Assembly (NCBI GenBank): GCA_964520795.1
Contig: CAZFQC010000002.1
Coordinates: forward strand, 5,069-69,068
Direction: 5' to 3'
Length of the DNA: 64,000 nucleotides
Source of the DNA: an uncultured Brevundimonas sp.
GTDB lineage: Bacteria > Pseudomonadota > Alphaproteobacteria > Caulobacterales > Caulobacteraceae
Of the stretch, positions 39,626 through 49,496 are shown in pieces. Position numbers and translations under genes: made by a program. Below the pieces are notes generated by a model. The model saw only the letters and a program-made list of their open reading frames with translations. It did not search any database and was not told where the DNA came from. How positions within the stretch are numbered: position 1 is the first letter of the stretch; the number at the start of each line of letters is the position of its first letter.

Positions 39626-40699
39626 TCAACTGACCACACTGAGCCGTCCTCCCCTCGCTGCGGGCTTCGGCTGACCCGTAAGGCCGAAGACCAAGTTCTC
39701 AAGCTCTGAGGTCGGCAGACAAAGATCGCGAGCAATGTCGTCGCGCGTGACTCTTTCACTCCAAAGGTCAGAAAACACCTTGCTCCAAACCTGCGAACGC
39801 TCCGGCGGCAGCCCTTCGGGCTCGGACGTGCGATATCCAACCTGGTTCATCTCAATGCACAGGCCGCGATATTGCCAGTCGCTGAGAAGGCCCAGCTTGT
39901 GAAGCCGATACGCCAAAGCGGCCACTGACACGCCCCAGCGCTTCTTGGCGAGGATCAGATCTGTGAGGCCAGTGACACGTCGTATGCGCCCCAAAATATC
40001 CTGAGCCGGCATCAGCAGAGCCGAAGCGAAGCGGTTCGCCTCAGCTTCCGCTTCGCGCCCGGCATGCGGACCACCATGCTTGTGCATGACCAGATGACCG
40101 AGTTCGTGGGCGGCGTCGAAACGGCTATGCTCGGTCGACTTGAAGGTGTTCAGGAACACGAACGGGGTCTCGTCGCGCCAGCAGGAGAACGCATCGACGT
40201 TCTTCGTATTCTCCGCCAAGGAGAAGACGCGCACGCCGTGCGCCTCAAGCAACCGGATCATGTCGGTGATTGGCGCGACCCCTAAGCCCCAAGCTTCGCG
40301 AACAGCACCGGCGGCCGCCTCCGGATCGTCCTCCGCCGAAAGATCGATGAGGTCCGAGGCCGGCAAATCGAACCGTTCGTCGATCCAGTCCGTAAACAGG
40401 TAGGCGAGACCGCCGGCTGCGAGAGCCGCGTCCCGTTCCTTCGCACTCATGGCGGTCAAACTGCGGAAGCTCGCCCCTGCGACATCCGGGCAGGCGCACT
40501 GGTCCCGGGTGAAGAACTCCGCGGGGAATTCCAACACCTCTGCGATCCTGGATACCGTCGCGTCGTCAGGCGATGTCGCGCCATTCTCCCAACGCGACAG
40601 CGTGACGGGCGTGACACCGATTTTCTCGGCGAGCCCTTTGGAACTTTGCCGTCGACGCCTCCGAGCGATCAACAGCCGCTCTGGATTGAAGGCGGGCAT
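39626..40699 (-). CDS. XRE-HTH + ImmA/IrrE Zn-peptidase (RmrA-like antitoxin)
   Basis: HTH (LSRWENG), RFDAAHELGHLVMH (HExxH), EANRFASALLMP. Confidence 0.9.
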   Translation of the reverse strand: MPAFNPERLLIARRRRRQSSKGLAEKIGVTPVTLSRWENGATSPDDATVSRIAEVLEFPAEFFTRDQCACPDVAGASFRSLTAMSAKERDAALAAGGLAYLFTDWIDERFDLPASDLIDLSAEDDPEAAAGAVREAWGLGVAPITDMIRLLEAHGVRVFSLAENTKNVDAFSCWRDETPFVFLNTFKSTEHSRFDAAHELGHLVMHKHGGPHAGREAEAEANRFASALLMPAQDILGRIRRVTGLTDLILAKKRWGVSVAALAYRLHKLGLLSDWQYRGLCIEMNQVGYRTSEPEGLPPERSQVWSKVFSDLWSERVTRDDIARDLCLPTSELENLVFGLTGQPKPAARGGRLSVVS

Positions 40700-41316
40700 T
40701 ATTTTTTCCGCCGGACCGGCACTTCGATCTCGGGCGCGGGCCGCTCATCGGGCGACAGGTCCATAGCGTCCCATTCGCCCTTCTGCACCAGCAGGATACG
40801 CTCATGGAAGCCTGCGAACTGATCGTCCTCGATCGCTTTGGGGAACGACAGTTCGGCGCGGATATCGTCGCCATAGGCGTAGACAAACAGATACCAGCTC
40901 GCCGCGTTCAGTTCCCGAAGCCCCTCCGCGATCATCTCGGGAAAGAGGTCGCCTTGGCCGTTTTCGACGGCCCGCGCCGAGCCGGTTCCTTTTTTCGACG
41001 CAGCCAAGGGGTCTGCGACCGGGTCGCCCGCGCGATCGGCGTTCTGGTAGATGATCTTCGTACCGGACTCGGCGTGGTAGACCGCCTCGATGTTGTCGGT
41101 TCGCGTCAGCTCCCAGCCCTTGGGGAGAAAGACGATCCGCAACTGTTCGGTGCCGCGAATGTAGGCCAACTGCCCGCCGGCGCTCGCTGGTGCCATGGCC
41201 GAAGCGCTGCGCCGCGCGCCGACCGCCGCGCCAACCACTGTCAGGAGTTCTTCCCGCGTGACACCGAAGTCGTCGAGGCGCGACCGGATTTCCTGATCTT
41301 CCTTCAGCACGGGCAA
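40699..41316 (-). CDS. Hypothetical protein coupled to the IrrE gene (putative RmrT-like toxin); start uncertain
   Basis: Stop overlaps the peptidase start; KKGTGS, RAELSFP, ERILL. Confidence 0.6.
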   Translation of the reverse strand: MPVLKEDQEIRSRLDDFGVTREELLTVVGAAVGARRSASAMAPASAGGQLAYIRGTEQLRIVFLPKGWELTRTDNIEAVYHAESGTKIIYQNADRAGDPVADPLAASKKGTGSARAVENGQGDLFPEMIAEGLRELNAASWYLFVYAYGDDIRAELSFPKAIEDDQFAGFHERILLVQKGEWDAMDLSPDERPAPEIEVPVRRKK

Positions 41317-41415
41317 GAGAATCGTTCCTTGATAAGATTTGAGGCCGCATTTGTGGCGCGGAAACTTATCACGGTCAAGCCCGTCGTGCGCACCGTCTCG
41401 CACTCGTTCGCCAAG

Positions 41416-41464
41416 GTCGGCTTTTCGATAGGGCCCGTATGTCCGCAGTTGCCGCAGAAAAGAC
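41416..41464 (+). repeat. GTCCGC multi-arm site (arms A-B-C)
   Basis: gtcggc-N19-gtccgc-N12-aaagac. Confidence 0.65.
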
Positions 41465-41472
41465 CTTCAGTT

Positions 41473-42798
41473 TCACCCTCGGGAGGTTGGGGCCGGCGGG
41501 ATGAGCTCCAGGCGCAGCGCCCGGTCGATGCGGACGGCGTCGGGCTCGTGGACGCCGGCGGCGTCGGCGTAGGCGCGCCAGTCGCGGACGCGGTCGGCGA
41601 TCTCCCGCGCCATGCCGAGGGTCTTGCGGCGCTTGAAGCCGCAGTGGGCGCCGAAGGCGACCAGGTCCTCAAGGGTGAAGCCGTCGCGCTTGCCGTTGAA
41701 GGTCATCTGGTGGGTGCTGGTCCAGGGGCCGGACGGATTATAGGCGTAGCCGACGTCGAAGGCGGGGGAGAGCCGCCAGCCGCCGGAGCGGTCCATCAGG
41801 AAGGCGATGTTCTTCACATGGTCGTCCTGGTTGCGGATGAACAGGTTGAAGACGGCGCGGCGGAACTGCTGCTCGATGTCGACGGCGCCGAGGCCGAGCA
41901 GGCGGATCGTCTCGACGGCCTGTTCGTAGCTGTAGGCGCCGGCGGCGTTGAAGTCGAAATGCCGGAGCGCGCCGAGCGACTGCATGTGCAGCTTGCGGCC
42001 GTCGGGCGTGCGGTCGAAGCGCCGGGTCATGAAATGGCTGCGTCCGCCCTCGTGGTGCAGGCGGCATTCAGCCATGTCGATGCCGACGTCGGCGGCCATC
42101 CGGGAGAAGGCGTATTCGATCAGGCCGAAGCCCTGCGGATCGGCCAGCTCTTTGTCGCGGTTGTTGCTAACGCCGTCGAACTTCATCAGCCAGTAGGAGA
42201 AGCCTTCGCCCGCGGGGGCCTGGCCGGAGCGGAACTCGCCGGTCTGCTCGTTCCAGGCCAGCACCGCCTTGGCGCGGGCGCCGCCGGCTGAGGTGCCGAC
42301 GCGCAGGATTTCCTCGAGGGTGTCGTGGTCGTCCTCGCCGGACAGCACGCCCTTCATGTCCTGGCGCATCGACAGGACCTGGTTGGCCAGGTCGACCAGG
42401 GCCTCGATCTGCAGCCGGCGCGAGCGGCGGGCGGCCTTCATCAGGGTGGGGTGGAACTCCAGCGCGCCCATGCCGCGGGTGCCGATGTAGCAGAGCCGTT
42501 CGACCGGGTTGAACGATCGGGCGTCGCGGCCCTGCCGGGTCAGCCAGGCGTCGATCAGGGCGTTGCCGTATTTGTCGGGCAGGGAGTCGGCCAGCAGGCC
42601 GGGCAGGCCCTTGAAGGCGTCACGGGGCAGTTCGGGGAAGGCGTAGGGGGCCTGGCTCGGCGGCATCACCAGCGGAGAGACGGCGATGCCGCTGGCGACG
42701 AACTCCGGGACGTACTGGAACACCGCATGGTCGCGGTCCTCCAGCCAGCTGACCGCGCCGATGTCGCGGCCCCACAGGCGGATGGTGGCGTCGGTCAC
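41473..42798 (-). CDS. hipA: HipA family kinase toxin
   Basis: LADSLPDKYG, SAGGARAKA, RRFDR, RNQDDHVKN, LSPAFD. Confidence 0.93.
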   Translation of the reverse strand: MTDATIRLWGRDIGAVSWLEDRDHAVFQYVPEFVASGIAVSPLVMPPSQAPYAFPELPRDAFKGLPGLLADSLPDKYGNALIDAWLTRQGRDARSFNPVERLCYIGTRGMGALEFHPTLMKAARRSRRLQIEALVDLANQVLSMRQDMKGVLSGEDDHDTLEEILRVGTSAGGARAKAVLAWNEQTGEFRSGQAPAGEGFSYWLMKFDGVSNNRDKELADPQGFGLIEYAFSRMAADVGIDMAECRLHHEGGRSHFMTRRFDRTPDGRKLHMQSLGALRHFDFNAAGAYSYEQAVETIRLLGLGAVDIEQQFRRAVFNLFIRNQDDHVKNIAFLMDRSGGWRLSPAFDVGYAYNPSGPWTSTHQMTFNGKRDGFTLEDLVAFGAHCGFKRRKTLGMAREIADRVRDWRAYADAAGVHEPDAVRIDRALRLELIPPAPTSRG

Positions 42799-43145
42799 TG
42801 GTCGTCGTCCCAGGTCCAGGGCGTGGCCGGGGCCTCGGCGCCCGCGCCGCTGGCGCGGCGGCGTTCGCGCCCGGCGGCGATGCGCACCCGGTCGACCGGG
42901 CGGATGTCGGCGGGCGGGGCGAGGGCCTCAAGCCGGTCCCCCAGGCCGAGCGCCTCCAGCACCCGGATCAGGGTGTCGAGGGAGACGTTTTCTCCGGCCT
43001 CGAGCCGGCGCAGGGTGTTGAGGGCCACGCCGGCGTCGTCGGCGAGCTGGCGCTGGGTCAGGTTGCGGTTCAGCCGCTGCGCCGCCAGACGGTCGCCCAG
43101 TTGCTCCGCACGGGTCAGGAGGATGGCTTCGGCGGTGGACATCAA
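42795..43145 (-). CDS. hipB: HipB-like XRE antitoxin
   Basis: RLNRNLTQRQLADDAGVALNTLRRLEAG; coupled to hipA. Confidence 0.85.
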   Translation of the reverse strand: MMSTAEAILLTRAEQLGDRLAAQRLNRNLTQRQLADDAGVALNTLRRLEAGENVSLDTLIRVLEALGLGDRLEALAPPADIRPVDRVRIAAGRERRRASGAGAEAPATPWTWDDDQ

Positions 43146-43149
43146 GAAC

Positions 43150-43253
43150 CCCTATATGGGTGATTGTTAGCAATATGAGCCATTATCGCTAATATATGGG
43201 CGCTTATGGTTTCGATCAAGAGAGAATATGTAAAGGCCCATATATGGGTGATT
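43150..43253. promoter_or_regulatory. Repeated operator-like motif CCCATATATGGG upstream of hipB
   Basis: Perfect palindrome at 43237-43248; variants at 43150-43160 and 43192-43200 in an AT-rich stretch. Confidence 0.65.
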
Positions 43254-43319
43254 CATAGAGATATGGATCATAAGCACCCAGTTATGGATATTTACCGACG
43301 GGCTTGATCAAACAGCGCC

Positions 43320-44003
43320 TCAGCGTTTGCGGCGTCTGTCCGCGTCCGGGCGGTCCCTTGTCGCCGACCGTTCGAGGTCCGGCGGCGGTCGGAAGGTGTG
43401 GCCGCGTTCGAGGTGGGCCGCGGCCCGCGCCCAGGCGCGTTCGAGCAGTCGCGTCCGCGCCGCCGGATCGCCGACCAGGGCGTGGACGGCGGCGGCGGCC
43501 AGCCGCATGCGGGCTTCGAGCGGCGGGGACGGGGCGACCGGGCGCTCGGTGGGGCGGGGGCGATCGGGATCCGGGGTGGTCCGGGCCCCGCCCGCCTGAC
43601 GGTCCCGTTCGGTGGCGCGATAGCCCCGAACCGCGATGTCCATGGCCTGGGCCTGGACCCAGGCCTCTCGGCGGAAGGCCGGATCGCCCTCGACGCGGAC
43701 CTGGGTCCAGCCGCGATGGCGGGCGATCCTGAGCATGTCGGCGACGACGTCGGGATAGGCGCTGGCGGCCGTCAGCGCCCGACCCGCGTCGCGGAAGGCC
43801 GGCTGGTCGGCGCGGTGGTCGCGAAAGAAGCGCTCGGCCCGGCCGCGGCCGTCGTGTTCGATCAGATAACGGTCGAGGATCGACGACGGCAGGTCGCCTT
43901 TGCGGCGCGAGACCGTCGCGCGGTCCGGACCGGACGGCGTCAGCCGGCTTTCGGCGGGCGCGTCCCGTTCGGGTTTGTCGGATGAGGGCGCGGCGGCGGC
44001 CAT
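43320..44003 (-). CDS. LPD7 domain protein
   Basis: AFRDAG..L..DMLRIARHRGWTQVRVEGDPAFRREAW..VRGY. Confidence 0.8.
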   Translation of the reverse strand: MAAAAPSSDKPERDAPAESRLTPSGPDRATVSRRKGDLPSSILDRYLIEHDGRGRAERFFRDHRADQPAFRDAGRALTAASAYPDVVADMLRIARHRGWTQVRVEGDPAFRREAWVQAQAMDIAVRGYRATERDRQAGGARTTPDPDRPRPTERPVAPSPPLEARMRLAAAAVHALVGDPAARTRLLERAWARAAAHLERGHTFRPPPDLERSATRDRPDADRRRKR

Positions 44004-45871
44004 CAGCGGTCACGCGCGGGATCGAGGGCCGGGGCGGGCGCGCGGACGCCCGCGTCGATCATCCGGTCCAGCCAGTCGCCCACCGCCGTCTCGTCGGCGC
44101 CGGGCGCCGGCGGCGGCGCCCCCTCCGCGGCGAAGGCCCGGGCGATGGCGTCGAAGCCGAACATCGCCGTCTCGTCGGCGGCGGGGACGGGATCGACCGG
44201 CTCGGGGGCGGGCGGATCGACGCGCGGCGCGACGGGGACGAGCGGCGGCGGGCGGCGGCGGCGGACGAAGACGCGCTCGCGCCAGGAGACGATCTTGCGT
44301 CCCCGGGTCGGCGGCAGGCCGGCCTTGAGCACGATGAGGTCGCCGGGCGGCAGCTGTATCAGTTCCTGCGGCAGCATCAGGGCGCGGCGCTGGTCGGAGG
44401 CGGTGGTGCTGCGCCGCCCCGGGGCCAGGCCCGTCGGTCGGCTGCGGCTGCGGGCGCTGTAGGTGTAGAAGCCGAGCCGCTCGCTGAGGTCCTGGGCGAC
44501 CTTGAGCTCCTTGGGGGCGAAGACGACCTCGACGCCGCAGTTGGTCAGGATCTCCTCGGTGACCTCGGGGCCGTAGAGGGCGCGCAGCTGGGACGGGCTT
44601 TGGATCACCGGCAGCAGGCGCAGGCCGTAGCCGGCGACGAAGGAAAAGGCGTGGGCGAGGACCGGCGCGGGGCCGAGGCGGGCGAACTCGTCGAGCAGCA
44701 CCAGCGCCGGCTGGTCGCCGGGGCCGGGCAGGACGCGGCTGTTGAGATCGACCAGCTGCTGGAACAGCAGGCTGTAGAGCGGTGCGACCCGCTGCATATT
44801 GTCGGGGGCGGCCCCGAGATAGAGGGAGATCCCGCCGCGGCGCAGGGCGCGCAGGTCGAAGTCGCTGGCGGCGGTGGCGGCGTCGACCGCCGCGTTCAGC
44901 CACAGGCCCATGCGGGTGGTGATGGTCTGGCGCACCGAGGCGAAGGTGTTCTCCCCGGCGCTGCAGAAGTCGGTCAGGGCCGAGACGCAGGGGCCCGACA
45001 GCGGCCGGTCGGCGCGCCGCCGTTCCGCGATCAGGGCCGGAAACCGCGTGCGCGGATCGCCCCGGGTCAGCTGGCGGAAGATCTCGCCGAGGGTGAAGGG
45101 CAGGGCGGGGGTTTCGGCCACGAAGGCGCCGACGCCGATAAAGCCGATGCGGGCCGCCTCCGACCAGAAGGGGTCGGCGTGGTCATGGCCGGGGAAGAGC
45201 ATCACCGCCATCCGCTGAAGTTCGTCGAGCACGACCTCGGGCCGGTCGCGGTCGACATGGCCGAGCGGGTTGTAGCGAGCCGTGCGGCCGTCGAGTGCCA
45301 GGGGGTCGAACATCAGCACCGTCTGGCCGGAGGCGGCGCGAAACCCGGCCGTGGCCAGGAAGTTCTCGCGCTTGATGTCGAGCACGACGACCGAGCCGGG
45401 CCAGGCCAGCAGATTGGGGATGACCACGCCGACGCCCTTGCCGGTGCGGGTCGGGGCGTAGACGATCACATGCTCGGGCCCGTCCGAGATCAGCAGGCCG
45501 CCGCCGGCCCGTCCCAGCACCACGCCCTGATGCGCCCGCAGGCCGGCGCGGCGTTGCTCGCCCGCCGTCGACCAGCGCGCGGCGCCATGCAGGGGGCGGC
45601 GGCGGTTGACGATCATGACGACGATGAGGATCAGCAGCAGCAGGCCATGGCCGGCCGCGCCGATGCGCAGCCAGCGGCGCACCAGCGGATCGTCGCGATA
45701 GTACCAGAACCAGCCCGGGACGCGGGCCAGGTCGATATCCGCCTCCAGTCGGCCGAGGCCGGCGAGGGCGACGAGCGCGGTTCCCGAAAGCGCGATCGCC
45801 AGCAAGGCGGCGAGAGCGAGGGCGACGAGGGCGGCCCTAGCCGCGGGGCTGACGCTTGCGAGCCGGCTCAT
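44003..45871 (-). CDS. virD4: Type IV coupling protein
   Basis: HGAARW, APTRTGKGVG, LDIKRE, LLDEF, IQSPSQL. Confidence 0.95.
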   Translation of the reverse strand: MSRLASVSPAARAALVALALAALLAIALSGTALVALAGLGRLEADIDLARVPGWFWYYRDDPLVRRWLRIGAAGHGLLLLILIVVMIVNRRRPLHGAARWSTAGEQRRAGLRAHQGVVLGRAGGGLLISDGPEHVIVYAPTRTGKGVGVVIPNLLAWPGSVVVLDIKRENFLATAGFRAASGQTVLMFDPLALDGRTARYNPLGHVDRDRPEVVLDELQRMAVMLFPGHDHADPFWSEAARIGFIGVGAFVAETPALPFTLGEIFRQLTRGDPRTRFPALIAERRRADRPLSGPCVSALTDFCSAGENTFASVRQTITTRMGLWLNAAVDAATAASDFDLRALRRGGISLYLGAAPDNMQRVAPLYSLLFQQLVDLNSRVLPGPGDQPALVLLDEFARLGPAPVLAHAFSFVAGYGLRLLPVIQSPSQLRALYGPEVTEEILTNCGVEVVFAPKELKVAQDLSERLGFYTYSARSRSRPTGLAPGRRSTTASDQRRALMLPQELIQLPPGDLIVLKAGLPPTRGRKIVSWRERVFVRRRRPPPLVPVAPRVDPPAPEPVDPVPAADETAMFGFDAIARAFAAEGAPPPAPGADETAVGDWLDRMIDAGVRAPAPALDPARDR

Positions 45872-46847
45872 GCCAGACCTCCGTCATTCGGAACCGGCCG
45901 TCGATCTTCTTCATCTGCACCACCACGTCGACGAGCAGATGAAGCAGGGCGCGGATGTCCTCGCGCGGCAGGTCGCGTCCGCCCTCGGATTCGCGCACCA
46001 GCAGGGTGAGCTGTTCGAAGGCCAGGGCCGCGGAGTCCGCGTGCACCGTGGTGATCGAGCCCGGATGGCCCGAGTTGACGTTGCGCAGATAGAAGAAGGC
46101 CGTGCCGTCGCGCAGTTCCTGCAGCAGGATGCGGTCCGGCCGCATGCGCAGGGCGCTCTCCAGCAGCGCCTTGGGGCCGACCCGGGCCAGGCCCTGTCCC
46201 TCCTTCGAATAGAGCAGGTGGACGACATTGCGGTGAGGGACGGTCAGTTCTCGGGTGTCCTCTATGGTCAGCAGCCGCTCGTGGGCGGGGATCAGCTCGA
46301 CCAGCCCCTTGGCGAAGGTGGTCTTGCCCGAGCCTGTCGCCCCGGAGATCAGGATGTTGCGGCGGCCCTCGACGGCGAGACGGAAGAAGCCGGTCCAGTC
46401 GCCGGCGGCCCGGCGTTCGATCAGGGCGGTGTCGACATCATCGACGCCGTCGACGTCGGCGGGCCGCGTGTCGGCGAACAGGCCGGCCGCCTCGAAGTCG
46501 CCGAGGCCCATTCGCCGGTGCGACGGCTTGCGGATCGTCAGCGATACGGTTCCCGCCGGCGTCGCGGGCGGCAGGACGATCTGGCAGCGGGCCGCGCCGG
46601 GCAGGACGGTGGAGCAGATCGGCCGTTCGGCGTCGACGTCCTGTCTGGTGTAGGCCGCAGCGGCGACCGCCAGGGTGCGCAGCCAGGGCTCGGTCAGCTC
46701 GGGCGTCTCGTGCCAGCGCCAGCCGCCGGCCTGTTCGACCCCGACCTCGCCCGGACGGTTGATCACCACCTCGGTCACGTCGTCCGGCTCGAGAAAGGGC
46801 CGCAAGGGGGCGAGGTAGTGATCGAGGACCGAGGTGTCGTCCATCAT
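45837..46847 (-). CDS. virB11: T4SS ATPase
   Basis: GATGSGKTT, IEDTRE, LRMRPDRI, GHPGSITTVHA. Confidence 0.95.
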   Translation of the reverse strand: MMDDTSVLDHYLAPLRPFLEPDDVTEVVINRPGEVGVEQAGGWRWHETPELTEPWLRTLAVAAAAYTRQDVDAERPICSTVLPGAARCQIVLPPATPAGTVSLTIRKPSHRRMGLGDFEAAGLFADTRPADVDGVDDVDTALIERRAAGDWTGFFRLAVEGRRNILISGATGSGKTTFAKGLVELIPAHERLLTIEDTRELTVPHRNVVHLLYSKEGQGLARVGPKALLESALRMRPDRILLQELRDGTAFFYLRNVNSGHPGSITTVHADSAALAFEQLTLLVRESEGGRDLPREDIRALLHLLVDVVVQMKKIDGRFRMTEVWHEPARKRQPRG

Positions 46848-47995
46848 CGGGCCTGCAGCCGGTAGACCCCGGAAAAATCGAGGTCCTGGGCGACGAAGAT
46901 GGAGACTTCCGCGCCCTGGGCCTTGCGCAGGGTCGGCGGGATGCCGACCGAGTTCTGCAGCGCCACGGCGGCGGCGTCCGAAGGGATGCGGGCCGTGGAT
47001 TGAACGTCGCGGCTCTGGCCGATGGCGGCGTGGACGCCGTCGTCGACGATCGACAGCAGCAGGGCCCCGCCGAACCGGTCCCAGAAATGGGCGTCCACCG
47101 CCCCGTCGAAGCCGGCGCGGCCGAGGGCGTCGGCGGCGGGGGAGGCGAGGGAGACGGCGACGCCGCCGGGGGTGACGGCGCGGGTCCACAGCACGAACAG
47201 CCGTCCGCGGCCCGGCTCGAGTCCGCCGCGGTACTCGCCGAGCACCCGGCTGCCCCGCTCCATCAGGACGACGGCGCCGTTGTCGGACCAGACGTCGCTC
47301 GGCAGGACGCAGCTGACATAGCCGGGCGTAGCGCTGTCCATCGCCGTCTGCAGCACGCACGGGACGCTGGTTCCGGCGGTCAGCAGCAGGTTGCGGTCCG
47401 GCAGGCGGCTGGCCTGGCTCAGGATGATCGGGCTGACCCGGCGCAACTGGTCGAGCGAGGAGGGTTCCGCCGCCCGAATGTCCGCCCGGGCCGGGGCTCC
47501 CGCAGGCCGCTCCGGCGTCGTGGAGCCGGCCGCGCCGGGCCGACTGTAGGCCAGGACCGGCGCGCGGCGGGCGCTCTCGGCCAGCGCCTGGCGCTGGTCC
47601 CCGGGCGACGGTCCGCCCGCCGCGGCCGGGTCGGACGTTCGCGCGCCGTCCAACGCGGGGATGCGGTCCGTTTCGTCGATCAACAGCGGCGCCGAGGGAT
47701 CGGAGGCCGCCTCGCTCAGCAGCGGCGGATCGGCGGGACGGCGCGCCGGCTCGAACGGCGTCGACGGGCGCACCGGTTCGTCGGCGGAGGCCGGGTCGCG
47801 GCGGCCGGCGTCGCCCCGGTCCCAGGTGGCGAACAGGAAGACGCCGCAGCCCAGGGCCAGGGCGGCCAGGGCCGTCATCTTGCCGTGTCGCCCGCCGAGC
47901 CGGCTGGCGATGGGCGAGACGCCCCGGTCCCGGACGAGCTCCGATCGGTCCGCTGCCGGCGGCGGTTCGGACGGCGAAGGGTGTTCATGGGTCAT
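46844..47995 (-). CDS. virB10: T4SS core protein
   Basis: GTSVPCVLQTA, RLFVLW, DALGRAG, HFWDRFGGA, FVAQDLDF. Confidence 0.93.
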   Translation of the reverse strand: MTHEHPSPSEPPPAADRSELVRDRGVSPIASRLGGRHGKMTALAALALGCGVFLFATWDRGDAGRRDPASADEPVRPSTPFEPARRPADPPLLSEAASDPSAPLLIDETDRIPALDGARTSDPAAAGGPSPGDQRQALAESARRAPVLAYSRPGAAGSTTPERPAGAPARADIRAAEPSSLDQLRRVSPIILSQASRLPDRNLLLTAGTSVPCVLQTAMDSATPGYVSCVLPSDVWSDNGAVVLMERGSRVLGEYRGGLEPGRGRLFVLWTRAVTPGGVAVSLASPAADALGRAGFDGAVDAHFWDRFGGALLLSIVDDGVHAAIGQSRDVQSTARIPSDAAAVALQNSVGIPPTLRKAQGAEVSIFVAQDLDFSGVYRLQAR

Positions 47996-48816
47996 GGCCG
48001 GTCTCCGGCGGGGGCGCGCTCGACGACGGGGGAGGCGGTGCCGGTCCCGATGGCCTCGCCCCGCCCGTCCCGGCCCTCGTTGAACAGGCACAGGACCGAA
48101 CGGCCGCGGCGCAGGCGCAGGCCCCGGGGGACGCCGTGGATGACGACGAACTCGCCGCGGACGTCATACGGGACCAGACGTTCGCCGCCGTCCTCGCCGA
48201 CCTCGAACAGGGCCGGCAGGGCCTGGTTTCCGGGGAAACGCAGAACGGTGAAGCGGCCGTTGTCGCTGACCTCGGACGGCTGCAGGGCGGGATCGCCCTG
48301 GGCCGACCAGGCCAGATTGCGGGGGCCTTCGAGCGCGCCCCGCGCCAGTTCGAGTCCGATCAGCCGGGTCTCGGCGGCGCGGGCCGCTGCGGCGAGCCCT
48401 TCGGCGGCGGCCGTCTGTTCGTCGCCGGGGTAGCGGAAGCGGATCTGCCAGGCGACGGGACCGCGCGCGTTGGGCTCCCCGGCCTGGAGCTCGAAGGCGT
48501 AGTGGCGCGCCTCGCCGTCGCGGTCGGTGACCACCAGCAGATTGGTGGCCGGGTGGCGTTCGCGCGGCTTCAGGAACAGGACCGAGCCCTCGGCCGCGAC
48601 CTCCCAGGCCACGCTGTCGCCGATGGCGGCGTGACGGATCGTCTCCCGGGGCGAGAAAATGATCTGGGTCGCGGTGCGCCACGCCCCGGCGACCGGATAG
48701 ACGGCGCCCGGCTCATAGGCGACCTCGCGGACGCGGGGATCGGCGGGCGCCTGGGCCAGAACGGGCGAGGCGACGGCGAGGAGGCCGGCGGCGAGGGCGG
48801 CGGCGGGAAATCTCAT
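47992..48816 (-). CDS. virB9: T4SS core protein
   Basis: DPRVREVAY, IGDSVAW, LFLKP, TNLLVVT, DNGRFT. Confidence 0.92.
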   Translation of the reverse strand: MRFPAAALAAGLLAVASPVLAQAPADPRVREVAYEPGAVYPVAGAWRTATQIIFSPRETIRHAAIGDSVAWEVAAEGSVLFLKPRERHPATNLLVVTDRDGEARHYAFELQAGEPNARGPVAWQIRFRYPGDEQTAAAEGLAAAARAAETRLIGLELARGALEGPRNLAWSAQGDPALQPSEVSDNGRFTVLRFPGNQALPALFEVGEDGGERLVPYDVRGEFVVIHGVPRGLRLRRGRSVLCLFNEGRDGRGEAIGTGTASPVVERAPAGDRP

Positions 48817-49496
48817 CGGATGACCTCCGGATCGGCCCGATAGGAGACCACCTGGAAGCCGAGCGGGTTTCTCAGCCGGTCGGCCTCGGTCATCGGCGCG
48901 CGGGTGTAGGAAAAGGCGATGGTGGCGATCCAGTCGCTCTCCACCGTCTGCCGGGCCTGGCGGACCGTGCGGCGGAAGCGGACGTTGGCGACCTCGTCAT
49001 TGATGAAGCCGATGGCGCGGATGGCGATGACCGCCTCGCCGTCGGGACCGTAGAGGTTCTGCGGGCTCTGCGGATTGGAGCCCCGGTAGAGGTCGGCCCA
49101 GCGGCGCTGTTCGGCGGGGCCCGAAAGGATCGACACCAAGCGGAAGGCGTCCTCGGCGGCGGGATCGAGGTAGCCCTCGCGGGCCCGGACGTACTGGGCG
49201 AGGAAATATTTGCTGACGGCCTCGTCGTAGCGCGACGGCCCGTCTTCGCTCGACAGGCCCCGGACGACGTCGACCGCGCCGGTGGCCTGGTCGACGCGGA
49301 TGACGAAGGGTTCGGTCGTCTTCAGCGGGGTCAGCAGGGCGACGGCGAGGGTGGCCGACGCCGCCAGGGCCGTGGCGGCGCCGGCCGCGATCCAGGCGAG
49401 ACGCCGCGAGCGCAGGGCCTCGGCGAGCCGGTCCTGGTCCCAGCGCCGCGCCTCCGCGAAATAGCGTTTCAGCTCAGGTGAGGGGGCGCCGGTCAT
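48813..49496 (-). CDS. virB8: T4SS inner-membrane protein
   Basis: PLKTTEPFVIRVD, YVRAREGY, NPLGFQVVSY. Confidence 0.93.
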   Translation of the reverse strand: MTGAPSPELKRYFAEARRWDQDRLAEALRSRRLAWIAAGAATALAASATLAVALLTPLKTTEPFVIRVDQATGAVDVVRGLSSEDGPSRYDEAVSKYFLAQYVRAREGYLDPAAEDAFRLVSILSGPAEQRRWADLYRGSNPQSPQNLYGPDGEAVIAIRAIGFINDEVANVRFRRTVRQARQTVESDWIATIAFSYTRAPMTEADRLRNPLGFQVVSYRADPEVIR

